From: Botryllus schlosseri
Taxonomy: Eukaryota
Assembly: GCA_051294905.1 (NCBI GenBank)
Contig: CM119372.1
Span: forward strand, 21,888,001 to 21,952,000
Reading direction: 5' to 3'
DNA: 64,000 nt
Position numbers and translations under genes: made by a program. The number at the start of each line of letters is the position of its first letter. Within the stretch, counting starts at the first letter, position 1. A model generated the notes under the pieces. The model ran no database searches. It was given only the letters and a program-made list of their open reading frames with translations, and was not told the DNA's origin. This document shows, piece after piece, positions 39,453 to 53,100 of this stretch.

Positions 39453-40059
39453 ACATCCACCACAACGCAAGTCGAATAGAATCAAATCATCAGGATTGGC
39501 TCGTCTATTGAGTACTAGAAAGCATGCGGTTTAGTTAAGAAAAGGCAACAACAGCCCTTACGTTCAATTCGTTTACGTTAAAACAGTTCGGCATGGCACC
39601 CTGGGTCACCTTTCTTAAATTTATGTAACTGAGAAAAACCGATTTGCTAATGGTGACTAAGTGCTAACAGTGTGAGGCGCAATTTTTTTTTTATTAATGT
39701 ATTTCCCACATTTTCTAGTTTCTTTATTTTTGTACTATATCAATTGTTTATTCAATTTTATGCCGATGGTGTATTTGTATTTAGTTATTTCTTTCGTTCG
39801 ATCTGTTGTTGTTGTTGTTGTTGTTATTTCTTTCTTTAACAACAACAACAATTTGACACAGTACAGTTGTTCAGTAGCATAATTATTACAATAGTCAATA
39901 GTATGTTATTGAGTTTCAGGCAAAATTTAGGCGGTGGTCCGTGTCTAAAGGGGTCCGTGACAACAAAAAGGTTGGGAACCACTGAGTTAAAGCTATAAGA
40001 AATCAATAAATAGAGGCATAATATATCAATCAACGGGCACAATAACCAAGTTATTCTTA

Positions 40060-40260
40060 TTATTGTAATTAGCAAAAAGGTAATCCAGGTATTTATGGGT
40101 TTTTAATTCATGCTGAGGCAGTTCTTCGATATTGTCGGGTGCGCTATTCCAAATCTTTGGGCCCATATCTTCAATAGACTGTAGAGACTAGAGTTCATGT
40201 GATGAACACATAGAATATAGATGTTCAGATTATGATGATCTAGTTCTAGTGTTTGGGGTG
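40060..40260 (-). mobile_element. CR1/L2-group LINE 3' remnant
   Basis: Minus-strand QSIEDMGPKIWNSAPDNIEELPQHELK (GPKIWN motif). Confidence 0.7.
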
Positions 40261-41501
40261 CAGGTCTTCATAAAAACTATTCAGCACGCATATCCAAAAT
40301 ACAACGCATTTTCTGCGAATGAAAAATGCTGGGAGAAATCGCTTTTAAGAGTATGACACAAAGGTTCCGGAGGCTCCAGTTCATCGAATGGGTGCAAAAC
40401 CAACAATTTTGTTCTGATGCTTCTGCCTGATGGCTTGGAAAATAAGCTTTAAATCTACCAAGGAGAGTGTGCAACTGTGAACATGAGAGCTCGTCACTTT
40501 ATTTTATGTCGCTCCAACTTGTGTTCTGTGTTTTTTGTTCTTCAATTTCCCCTTTTTCGACTCGCGAGTAAATTAGAAGAGCAAAGGAATCTCGAACTTG
40601 AAAGTTCATAGCAGTTCAAGAACCATGATCTCGCGACCCGAACCTCACACATCATAGATAATGCAATTTTATTATTAGTATGCTCTGTTATTACGGGAGT
40701 GTGGCACAGAGATCGCGTAGACATCGAAGGTTTTAGCCAACCGGCGACGGTCATTTTTCGCCAAGGTTTTGTGCCACCAATCTTTTTGGCTCCGCACTTG
40801 GCCCAGCCGTATGTTAGACACAACTTCATGTATTCATGTGTACCGTCGCGGAATGGGTTTGCGTCGAAATAGCTTTGTCTCATAGTCCCGCACCCGCTCG
40901 TTGCACACCCGTACACAAAAGCATGTGAACGGTGTCCGACTGTTGTCGTGACTGCAGTGTTTAACCAACTGCGCCACCCGCTTCCCCAGTCAGTAATGCG
41001 CTGTAAAATCACAGCTGGAAAATTAAAGCTGTATGAATAGCTTTGCATCAATATACAACTGTAATGGCATCTCAGTATCAGCAACTGGCAAATATTATAT
41101 AGTCATGACTCATAACAAGCTTCATAGGCACATATCCTCCTGAATTAACATTGTATGTTGAGCGCCGGTACCGTACGCCTGTACTTAACGTAACTAAACC
41201 GCCCCGGCGTGTAAGACATCTTCCTAATCGCGTCGAGCAAGTGCAAGTGAAGATATCGCGCCATAAAGTTTGTCAACGGGTAAAGAAACGATGACGTGCA
41301 GCCGCGACAGATGGAGCGTGAAGGTCCTGTGGAAATTTCAATAAATTGCAGCTTCGTTACGGTGGCGTTCTGAAGAAAATGGCTGCGACCAAATTTTTTT
41401 TTTTCGTTTCGCCCTTCAATTTGCGACCACGTCATTTTTAAAGTGCAGTGTCCCTTTAAAGGGAGAAAATTTGTTGCAAATGTATGTAATGATGGTAATG
41501 A

Positions 41502-42503
41502 CAGTGTTGGGATGACTCGAGTCATGACTTGACTCGAGTCACCTTTTTCGTATGACTTGACTTGACTCGAGTCACTTTGCGAAAATGACTTGACTTGACT
41601 TGACTCGGCGCTTCAGAAATGCGGATTGACTCGTGACTCGGAGCAAAATTTACGAGTCAATTTCAAGTCAATTTCAAGTCATTAAGTAAAAAGTGGCGAT
41701 TAAATCACGCTGTCTTATGTACGTTCAGGTGGTTCGCGAATCGCGATACGCATGTGTCACTTGTGAGAGCAACCAGTCATTCACTGATTGTACGTTCCAT
41801 TGATACTGCATTGCTACATCATAAATAAATTGACCGCAAACGAAACGACCACAGCTTACGTTGTCTTAGTAGCAGTAGATAAATCTAATAGCAACGTATC
41901 TTTGTTCCTTAGACGGCTCAGTGCTTGCTGCTTACATTGCGCAGTACTCACCTTTACCAATATGATTTGAAGCGAACGAATATAGTTTATTCATTTATAT
42001 TCTCACTGACGTGTAGATGGGTAGTGTATTGTACCACATCAATTTGTTCAACTTCTCGATGCTTCGTATTCGATCCTCTGTATTGGCTGGTTATATAACA
42101 GACCGTAATAGCATGTTGCTTAACACTAATTATTTTATTAGCAGTTCTGCGTATGCGTGAGCGATACAGCACCTTTTTGCATGTACATTGTATATTTAAC
42201 GTTATATTCGTTATTTGATTCAAGATAAATGTCCAATTAATCTGTCCTTCACCCAGTTAGCAAAATGTAATGATTTTGATTCATCACTCATACTTCGAAA
42301 ACTCAATTTGACTTGAATCATGACTTGACTCGTGACTTGACTTGACTTGACTCGACTTGGCTCGAGTCACCTCGAAAAAACGAGTGACTTGACTTGACTC
42401 GAGTCACCTTTGAAAATCGATTGACTTGACTTGACTCGAGTCAAAATGTGCAATGACTCGAGATGACTCGTGACTCGAAGGTAGTGACTTGATCCCAACA
42501 CTG
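41502..42503. mobile_element. hAT MITE with (ACTTG)n/GACTCGAGTC arrays
   Basis: TIR cagtgttgggat / atcccaacactg; perfect TSD ggtaatga. Confidence 0.93.
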
Positions 42504-42512
42504 GGTAATGAG

Positions 42513-43380
42513 TAGGGCCATTTTTATATGACCTTAAAAAATCAATAATACGACTTTATTTTTTGCAAAATATGACTTTATATGACTTTATGTGAAAATC
42601 GCGTATTTTTACATGCGAACAACGTCACTCACGGAATTAAAGAGTAGAACATACGCAACATAACAGTAATACACATCCATTTGTATTTTACACCACTGTT
42701 GTAGTACAGTTTCATGTAGTGTGGAATGTTAGAGTCTCTGAAGTTACAATTTGGACGTAAAATGGGCGCTCCACAGACGCTGATGTGACTTGTCATTTCT
42801 GCAGATTTGCATACAGCGCTGGTGAAATGTCTTGTCTTTGCAACTCCATAATTTGTATCACATCGCTTTCGTTCAATCGCTTCTTAATGTAATTTCTGAG
42901 CTCAAGCGAATCTTTCCCGAAATTAAGGGCATTTAGATCAGCATGAGCCTCTTTGATGGTGTACGTACAACTTTCCATTTTGAGTATTAGGTTTGAAATA
43001 TTTTTATGGTGGAGGCATATTTTTGTTAACTGACTAGTCAACTTTGGATCGTTGGCTGAATTTTTGGCGCTCTTCACAATGACTCCTTGTCTGCTTCACA
43101 TTCCTTGCGAAGGTCTCTCGGCATCATATTGTGCAATCATTCACCGCTTAAATTGGTATTTTTCTATTTAAATTATACAACGATATGACTTTATAACTCA
43201 AAAATATGACTATATAACTTAAAAAGCTGATTTATGACCTAACCAGGTAAATATGACTTTATATGACTTTATAACTTTCTTAATATACCTCATAGGGATG
43301 CGGTTTTTGCGTTAGAATTGATTTCACGACTTACTGATGCACAGAAAAAAATATGACTTTAATGACTTTAAATGGCCCTG
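42513..43380 (-). mobile_element. Internally deleted hAT element with transposase remnant
   Basis: TIR tagggccattt / aaatggccctg; perfect TSD gtaatgag; tatgact subterminal repeats; minus-strand ..DISPALYANLQK*QVTSASVER. Confidence 0.88.
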
Positions 43381-44394
43381 GTAATGAGTCTGTAAATGTG
43401 GTATTTACTAATATCTTCGTGCCTCGTGCCATTCGAACCGTTATTAATTACGAAATTATGATGATTTCTGAAACAAAGAAAGCAGAAAATCTAATTTACG
43501 TTACTTTTTCCGCGTGTCGTAGGCTCAGACGTGCTGATTCAGTGTAGACTATGCCTGTCAGCTGTCACTACACCCGCTTTCGAACCAGACTTTTGATTAT
43601 GTAATAATAATAGTGCGCAAACATTAATTCACTGCGGCTGGTGTGAGACAAAGTTACGATTAGTTGTGCTTCGTAATCAAACAAGTTTTTACAAATTCGT
43701 CGCAACGAAAAATGTTTGAAAGCCACTGTACTCAGATTTCCTATAAAATTTATTTGAATTATTCCACGTCAAAAAAGTAACAAATATGTACGATTTTCAT
43801 CTGCACTCTTCCGCACTGCAATTTCTTCCATCCGTTGAAGTACTTATACCATCCCACGGATTGAAAAGCAGTACTCTCAGACATAGGCGCCAACTTACGA
43901 GGTTACGAGGTGGCGTAGCCACCTCGCGACCATATTTACGAGGTGGCGGCCACCTCGTACAAAATGCTCAAACGCCCAAGTGATTTGTGACCAGTAATTA
44001 GTAATTAGGCGAATCGATGCGACCTCGTTAGAGACGTCTTCGATTTCGATACGCGCGTGTGCCAGGCGCGTAGCCACGGGGTTTCGGGGGTCGAACTTCC
44101 CTATTTGAAACGCGAAACCTCGTCATTTTGAAATGATCATTCTAACTCTAATATTCAGTTGCGATTCAATAATTGTGTAGCAATGTTCCGCGCGGCGGAT
44201 TTGCGAGAAACGTGTTGTCAATTAGCGAGAAGAATCTGTGATGATCTCCCGCTGAGATGGTCGCGAAATAGGGTAATTCATTCCAGTGCGCGTGGCAGTC
44301 GTCATTAGCCTGATTTATCGCGTCTCAATCAAGCTTGGTTCCGCTGGCTTCAACAAGTATTTAGGTACCGGATTGCTTGATTCCGCTCACATCG

Positions 44395-45276
44395 CAATGT
44401 CGCCCATATTAAATATTTCATCACAGTAAATATGGCCCACCATAACAGTTGAAACTACTGTTTCGATATCTAGCAGTAACCTATCATATCGTAATCTAGC
44501 AGCCCATGACGTGTCCTGCTAATCTGGAAAATCTGGCTTTTTTAACGTTACTCCTGTTTTAGCAAATCACCTTTGAAGCATGAAATATATTTTCCGCTTT
44601 TTAGAAGTAGTATTTATATTTCACTTTCAATTCCGAGTATCCTACTTTGAGTTCTAATTACTTCCCACCCTTTTGTCTGCAGAAGATACATGCTGAAGCC
44701 TAAAAGTAAGTGTAGTAATGCCTCCATTTTTCGAAAATAAAGCTACACTAAATATAAATTTTACGTTCCACAATATTTGTTATTAACGTATACTAATCCC
44801 GCAAAGTGTTGAAACCGTATCCGATACAACTTCTCCGTATTGCTCTTCGCCTAAACTTTATGCCTTATAATATGGGGTAGGGCAATATGCCATGATATTC
44901 CCTAAAACGGGGTCTTCTAGTAAACAAAGGGTTAGTATCGCATTTTGATATCAATGCTATAACTTGCATCCCATGATGCGAAGGAATGCTTATTCTGTCG
45001 AAAATTGATACCTCCTGAGATGCATCAATACGAATCAAGCTCTCTGCACCTTCCAGATAGCTCAATTTGCAGCTTTTGACAGTCCATGCGAACGAATTAA
45101 GACTGTTTTCAAAACTACTTACTTACTTGAGTAGATTTAAAGTCAGTCAATTCTACTTCTACTTCAAGTAGTTTTAGGTGGCTTATGGATGAAGTACTTC
45201 TACTCGTACTTGAGTAGATTTTTTTCACCGCTACTTCTACTTCTACTTGAGTAGCTTTCTTGACTACTTTACCTCT
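44395..45276. mobile_element. Truncated inverted copy of the 18708-19947 family
   Basis: Reverse-complement colinearity with 18710-19570. Confidence 0.85.
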
Positions 45277-46987
45277 TCATATTGGAATATCCGTGGCTTG
45301 TCTATGTTATAAAAACTTGTAACATATGAAAAAGGAAGGATATTTCGAAATGAATACTTCGATATTAATTGCATATATTGAATATATGAATATTTCGAGC
45401 TATGCCACAATGAGACAATTTTGCATGCCATCGTGAATAATATGTTTGCGTATGTGTAATGGTAATATGTAAGTCATTAAACCATCACTGTGGCATATAA
45501 TTTTCAAGTAATTTTGTAAAACTGTTGGAGTCGGAGTTCAGTGAGGAAATAGTCGGAGTTGGAGCCGGAGTCGCTGCGTTTAAAGACTTGGGAGTGGAAG
45601 TCGTAGTTGGATTAGGTATATTGAAAATGCATGGAGTCGGAGTCGAAGTTGGAGTTGGACTCCACAGCCCTGTCTTGAGTAAGTGTAAACAAGTAGATAC
45701 AACCCCATTCGAGTATTATGGAAAAGTAGAGGTACTTTTTAATTTTGGGGGCTATAAAGATATGTTGAGCTTTTGATGAGGGGGCGATGAGTCAAAAAAA
45801 TTTGGAAGTCACTGAATAACGCCTTCCGTGGAATCATTCCGATAACTATTCGTCAGTATAACGCAGATATTACGATTTAGGCAAAGAAATCGGGAACCTG
45901 ATAAGTTCCATAGCTGCAAAACAAATGGACTGCTAGCTCGAGTCCAACCACGGTCGCATTGGCAGACGCCGAGCCCCTACTGAGTCCAATCTCGCGATGG
46001 AGGCTACAATCTCCAAGACCTGATACACCTATAGCAGCGGTATACATTGTTAACGATCAAATTGATTGGGTATAATTACAGGGGCTCACATAGTGCGCAA
46101 TACTCTTCAACAGGGTTGAATAGGCGGAAGAAGCAAAACTTCTTACTGATCTTTCGTGAGCGTATTGCTCCTTTGGCACCGTCGATGTGAGCTATGTCTT
46201 GGACATCAGCGCGTCGCGCGTGGTTGTCATGTCATTTTGAATCTTCGTGTTCTGTTGCTTCCTTGGCGATATTGGCGTGAAGCATAGTTTCTGATGCAGA
46301 CACGCTTGACTCGTTCAACTAAGTTAAGTTTACGCCCGAAAGATGGGCTTTCGATAGTCTTTTCTTTTGTTGATTCTATACGTCAGCGCGATTTGGTTGA
46401 TTTTACGGCTCAATCTATTCGTTCTCTATCCATTTGATATAAAATTTACATTACGACAATGTTTCATTAATTATAACGGGATAAAACTGCAAAATGTTTC
46501 GCATAAGTAAATAGCCGCGCTATATTTCTAGGTCGTCATTTCAGCAATGTTGAATGCAGTATTTCGCTAACAGTTTTTCATGGACATCCGACATATAATT
46601 TTCATCATATCAATTTTCATACATCACGAAACGTTTATAGCACATGGTACTTCTGCTGTAGAAAGAAAATCATTCTAGTCTACATGAGATATGCATATAT
46701 CCATCAGTCACATATACAAATGTAAACGAGTAGTAATCGACAGTTTTCAAGTCCATTATCCATCCTGCAGGACATGCGGCGACTCGACAAGTGCGCCTAT
46801 ACCGATAAATTCAGATAATACGATTGGGGGACACTTTCGCTGCTTTGAGGTAAATCTGGATTTCTTTGAATTGCAGATTCTACACCCATAAACCGTCACT
46901 CTCGTAGTAACAAGCACTGTTCACGAAGACTCTCAAAAGTGTAAAGAATGGAGTTTAAATAGTTGTACTTTCGATGATAAGTCATCG

Positions 46988-47117
46988 CTACAGAGACGCA
47001 TTCGCCGTTTGCTGCGCCGAGCTGGATTGATTTGATTGTTGCGGAGACTGTCCTGTTGGTGAACACTTGCACGGTAGGCATCGCCCCAGAAACGAAAACG
47101 TCTCAGCTCTCATTTTA
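46988..47117 (-). CDS. GPCR exon 9 (helix 8, C-tail, stop)
   Basis: ttttatttcAG acceptor; KMRAETFSFLGRCLPCKCSPTGQSPQQSNQSSSAQQTANASL*; Cys cluster typical of palmitoylation sites. Confidence 0.88.
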
Positions 47118-50100
47118 CTGAAATAAAACGCATGCACACTATCAATTACTATAAAATAATGGCCGTCTGTCAAGCATAACAAGGGGTAATCGTGATTTGT
47201 AATCGTAATTGATATCATCGACTACAGCAATTTGGAATAATCGTAGTCGATAGCTTTTATCGGTTGTATGGTAACATGACGGTTACTGAAGTTTATTAGT
47301 TTTGCAAGTACTATTGACTATGACATAAATGGAGAGGATTAATTGGACAATGACATAAACTGAACAAAGACCTGTGCGATCTATCATATTGACGGCAGAA
47401 ATACCGGATATGTGGACATGATTGCTTATTATCACATCACAGGCATTATCTGAGGTTATGAATTACGTCGCAACGAAGATTTATCCAATCGTGGTCGCGA
47501 AGTCATTGAGCTGATATGATTGAGAAAATCACCTCTTTGCCATATTTCTGGTCACTGATAAGTACCGCTAGCCCGCATAAAGAGAATGACAAGCACTAGC
47601 ACTTAGCTTGGATTGAAACTTGAAAATTAGGTAATTTGCCATTGATCATATAATGTAAAACTCACCTTGACACCAAATTGTAGAAAATCGGGTTCAGGCA
47701 TTCTGATAATCTCAGGAAAATGTACCCCACCATAAATAGATTCCATTCGAGAACACGCATAGCCATGGATTCTGGTGCTACATTGGTAGTGTAGACGACA
47801 TGCGCTGTATAGAAAGTGCGGTATATATCGTCAGCTTATGGGGTTCGATTTTAATTGATTTCAAAGAATTTCGTTGTCTTGGAAACGTCGCCTTGTTTAA
47901 GATTGAGAATTTGTCGAGTTTAGTAACTTACATGTACGCATGCAGCAGGTGATTATGATTATGGGTTTCAATAGCGACGCTTTGAAAGTCTGCATGACAT
48001 GACTCGCGACTCGGCATATAAAAATTGCAATGACACATATTGACTTGTGACTCGAGGGTAGTGACTTGATCCCAACGCTGCATTAAACACGCTCATTCAA
48101 CTGCCCCTTGGCGTTTGCCCAGCCTTCCTTTATTTCGACCCAAACCAAAAGATGCGCGAATTCAATACTTTCAAATGCAGATCCTGAATTCTATTCATAT
48201 CGTCCAAATATATATCCATCAGTGTTTATGGTTATTCATCCTTATTTACTATTTTTTTTAAGAGTTGGAGATTCCCAGTTTAATTACAATCTCGTTTAAT
48301 AAAACTCTTAAAATGTCTTCGAATACGCTTTTTTAATCCAATTCCCCTTGCATAGCTCATTGTTCCAAGGTAGTGATTAGTAGTGCGATTTATTTCATGA
48401 GTGGGCAAACTACAGACCGTGGGCCGCATCGGCCCGCAAACCGCTTTGTGCGGCCGCCGAAACCCTCAAGAAAAATATTGCTAAAATGCGCACTAAAAAT
48501 CTAATTATTGCAGCGAATTGACTATACTTTTCTTAATATATATTTCACAATAACAATGGTAAGCTAATAAAATCTTGTCAATATTTCTGACGTGTATATT
48601 TAGTTTGTTTTAAATATACATTTATATTATCTCCATATTTCCTCGGTCACGATATAGTTAAATAAAAATGCTGCCTTTTGGCTAATAATCTCTATTTCCT
48701 ATTACACGACCCGCAAATGGATTCAGATGTTGAATGCGGCCAGTGAGCCAAAATGTTTGCCCATTCATGTCTACGAGGTGCCTAATCCTAGTCCCTTGGC
48801 CCAAGAGATCTATGTATGGTATTGTAATGACGTGTAATGTTAACGTGTCAACGCATAGCATGATTTAGCTAGTAAGTACGATGCTATACTCGTATTTGTT
48901 CGGCTATAGTCGCATGATTTAAAACAGGGGTCGCCAACTCAAAACTGGTTGCGGGCCACTTTTCAAATAAAATAGAGGCCGCTGGCCGCAAGAATGCAAT
49001 ATCGAGACAAAATAGACGACATTTTAGCAGCCAAGGTTTTTTACTTATTAACATAAGTACAACGCTATGCTGTCTAACATGGGCGACGGGTATAGTTCCA
49101 ACAAAAGAAGTATTGTTTTATTTAAAGAAATACAAATTGGGTCTAGCGAGACACTGTACTAGCTGAAAGATTATCTCCCCGTGAAGCTTGATATTAAGGG
49201 GAGCACCATGGCCTACAGCTACTAGTGGTAGGCCATAGGAGCCCTAAGCCCTAAGCGTCTCGGTCTTCGCAGTTTCTCTGCATTTGCACCATGACATTAT
49301 GCCCAATTGCCGATTCATATCAGCTGATTCTCTCTCGATGGAATTCTGTAGCCATATCAGCTAGTGAGGCATAATGATGTTGGATACAGGAGAAAAGCCA
49401 ATTTTGAAACAGCAACAACAATACTTTAAAATGCTGAAATTGATTTACAAAATATGAAATCAGGTCGCGAGCCGCAAAATATTACCTCGCGGGCCGCGTG
49501 TTGGTGACCCCTGATTTAAAGGAATCCTGTTGTCTTCTGACTTTACTATTTCTACTAATAGTGGCGAGCGAACGCGAAATCATGCAACTCCGCCTGTTTT
49601 CTCTTACACCACGCACACAAGTCAAATCACATCTAAAATATATCAAATACAGTCACTATTCCATGCATTATATCAATATCGTTACCTACTCTCCGTCTAT
49701 CGATGGAATATCATCATACTGCTGTACCTGTGTTGGGTATATATCCCATGAGGAAGGAACCCGTAATAAATCCTAACTGCAAGAATGCATTTCGCTCCTT
49801 CCTCCGTCGACGACTTTCCACCTCTTTGCTTTCGTTTTGAGCTAGAATAGTGCGAAAGGCTGAGTTATCATGGGATCTCAATTCGCTCAGGTAGTCCTTC
49901 CGTCGCCTTTTCCTCGGCCATGGAAATCGGAGGCGTGCTGGAGTATGAGAAAACGGGGCCAGTTGCGGCTAATATTTGAGTAATTAGTTAGTGTACGATG
50001 AAAAACTTTGTGTTAACTCAATGTTAGCCCAGAACAAGAGATTGGTTAAACAACTCAACAATGCGTGATATCCATTAGTTGGGGTCGACAACGTTTGTTG

Positions 50101-53100
50101 ATCTGCCGATCGGTTTCACGTCTAACACTGAAAATTGATTGAGCTTAAGCGCTCTCTTCGCCCTGATTATTCGTATTTCCATGCTAGCGACGTCATATTT
50201 GGTGATGCGATTGTTGATATACAATGTTCTTTCCAATTCTCTACTAGTGGCTGACGATTAGGCTACCCCTGACGAGAGTTGATTGCAGCTCATATACTAT
50301 TTGGTCACTAAAGCATGCAGACTGCAGAGTTGCTGTTGGTGCTGTTTCGTGATAATCATGGTGTTTGTCGACTGCTATGGTCATCTATATCAGGCCAATT
50401 TTCTTCATTTTTATTCCGTAGCTACTAGCTACCGACTTGTAGCATTGCCCACTTCTAGGCTTTTATAAGACACCGATTACACGGATATGATGGCGAGGAG
50501 GAGCCTAGATGAGCATGCAGAGTCGTGCAATAACACACAATGTTTACGAAATGGCCATCATGACATCGTCAGAAGCTCACAACGTAATTCAGAGGTGGCC
50601 ACTAGGGATGGTGTGAACGTGAGGTTCGCGTTCTGTGTATGAACCTCAGACATTTAGAGGTTAACGTTCACAAACGAACCTTGATAGGTTCTGCACTGTG
50701 AACCTTTTTCAGATATTACAATTTTCACTTCATTATAACATCTTTGGTTGACATTTATTTCATTTCAACTGCGGGTTACTATATGCATGGCACTGGCAGC
50801 ATAAAAATCAACACTAAACGTGCATACACCTTGACAATCTAAAAAAAAATTACTTGCTTTGTTACAAAAGTTTGATCGAATATTTAGTGACTCTATGCTG
50901 TGATCTTGACCCGCAATCACACAACATCGAGAACGAAATACGCACTACATTTAGGTAGTCAGCTAATAATGCTTGTTCAACCAATCGATAAAATTGATAT
51001 CGTTGTCTGATATTTAAAAAAAATCTACCAGGCGGGGTCAATCTTGATTTTATATGTTTATTGTATCATAAAAACCAAAATCGTGCGATTAGGCTGTTGG
51101 TTACTACTATAGAACTTGCTAATGGAATAATATCGGTAGCAAGTACAGAAACCCGTTTTACACTCTTCTCAATATCAACGGCCTATAGAGACCGACCGTC
51201 AAGACGTAAGCTTGTATTCCATTGCAAGTCCTCGTCAATATTGTTGGCAATGCGACGCAAGATATTGAATTTATGGGATTCATTATGATATCATTTGATT
51301 GCCCCAATTGATACATTTGGCGACGTTCAAGACGTCAATGTGTACTTCAGCATTGTGACATTATGCCGCCCGAATCGTCGCTAGGTATCGTGTACATTAA
51401 TATAGGCTATCACTTCATTGAAATGTACGTTTCGAATTAGCAACGTCATGAGGTCCACGTTCGCGTTCACACAGAACATTTCAAAAAGGTTCGTGTTCAC
51501 ACGAACCTGAACCTTTCAGAGGTTCACACCATCCCTAGTGGCGACGATGGGGTTCCGGAGTCGAAGTGGGAGCAGGATTTCGTCGATTTTTAATGTAGCA
51601 GGATGGGATCTGGATTTTAAATTCACTTTGAAAGGAGGATATTAGGAGGATTTGTCCACCAAAATATGAACAATTGGCTTTATTTTAGCAGGATAATTTC
51701 GGATTCGAAATTGGAAATTTACATTCACCGCCAGAACCTGGTGAATTTCGCAATCCGGTCATCTCTGCGAGGTTTACGACTCGAGCATTTACGGAAAGAC
51801 GCTATCCTGACAAACGTTTGAATATCACCAAGGTTATGTGAGAGCATTCGTATGCTGATATAATATGGACGATGGTAGGTGAATTTATGTGGTAGCCAAT
51901 GTTCGCTGTTCAATAGCCTACAACTATATGCATGGTACGACACGATCATTACATTCAATTCGCTTCCGGCAATCATGTCAAACACAGAATATGTATTTTA
52001 CCAGTGAAATAGCAACGATGCAAGCTGTTCTGCGTACCTAATATGACGTGTAGACTTATCGTGCACTCGGCCACTTTTGGTCACTCAACCACTTGCTAAA
52101 AAACATGATATAATTAAAGTAGCCTATATGTGGAAATTTACAGTTCAAACCGCGGGGTGATCACTCTGTATTGCCGCATCCATCAATCACGGCCATGAAA
52201 CGTACAGTACACGAATGTCTTTTAAGGGAACTAGCACCTCGGGCTAGTCAGACTGCTTAGCCAGACTGCTTAGAGTCAAGTGTACCTGTTTGATGCTGGT
52301 GTGATCAGACTAGATGACCTTCACGGTCTTATCGATCATTCCTATCTAATACCGAATACTGTGCAAGCATATTTTCTGTACCACCATCACTGCCGTGTGT
52401 TATGTATTTTGGTTGGATGAAAATAAAGACTCTCTCTCTCTCTCTCTCTCTCGCGAAGAGCTACCCACATCACCATGAAATTTTCGCAGCTGCTAGGTGT
52501 CGCTATGCTGTAACAAAATATCTAAAATTGTAGTTCGGCCCACATAATTTGGATTTGACAGGAGAAAGAGTGCGCCGACACACGAAACATAGTAACTCAA
52601 AATTGTGATGCCCCTTTTTCGATCTAACGTCGGTTTCAGGAAGTACTAGGACAGTCTTACATATTGCTGAATTTTGAAAGATTGAGTGCAACTCATCATC
52701 ATCATCATTTTGAAATTTCAACATAGTATTTCTTTTTAAAAATTTGCTATAGGCCGATACCGATGTTTCCATGAATGCAGATATTGATGGGGCTCTGAGA
52801 CGCAATGCCGTAAATCAACAATTTGCAGTAAACTAGTTTATGAATTCGATTGTAAATCGTCAATCATTTGCAATAATTGTAGTTGGTTGCTAAACATTCC
52901 AAGCCAGCATCAAATCTCGCTTTATTAGTGCATGCTAGAGCCTGACTATTTGCCTAATTGTTTTGAAAGAGTCACGATTCGACATTACATGTGTGAGAGC
53001 TTGCTTATGAATGAATTAGATTTGAATAATTTTTGACGACTTTAATTCTCTGACCGAATCAAAGTCCGAATATATATAGCTGCGATTTCTGTTACCACCC

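Larger units (their letters stand above)
37604..39984. mobile_element. Buster-type element hosting nested insertions
   Basis: TIR cagtggttcccaac / gttgggaaccactg; TSD agttacag / agttaaag. Confidence 0.88.
40280..43873 (-). mobile_element. Second decayed copy of the 2984-4995 Buster element, interrupted
   Basis: Peptides HTLLGRFKAYFP..W and EHTN..CEVR..RSWFLNCYEL. 43400-43830 is colinear with about 4440-4950, and it ends ttgaaaagcagta. Confidence 0.72.
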
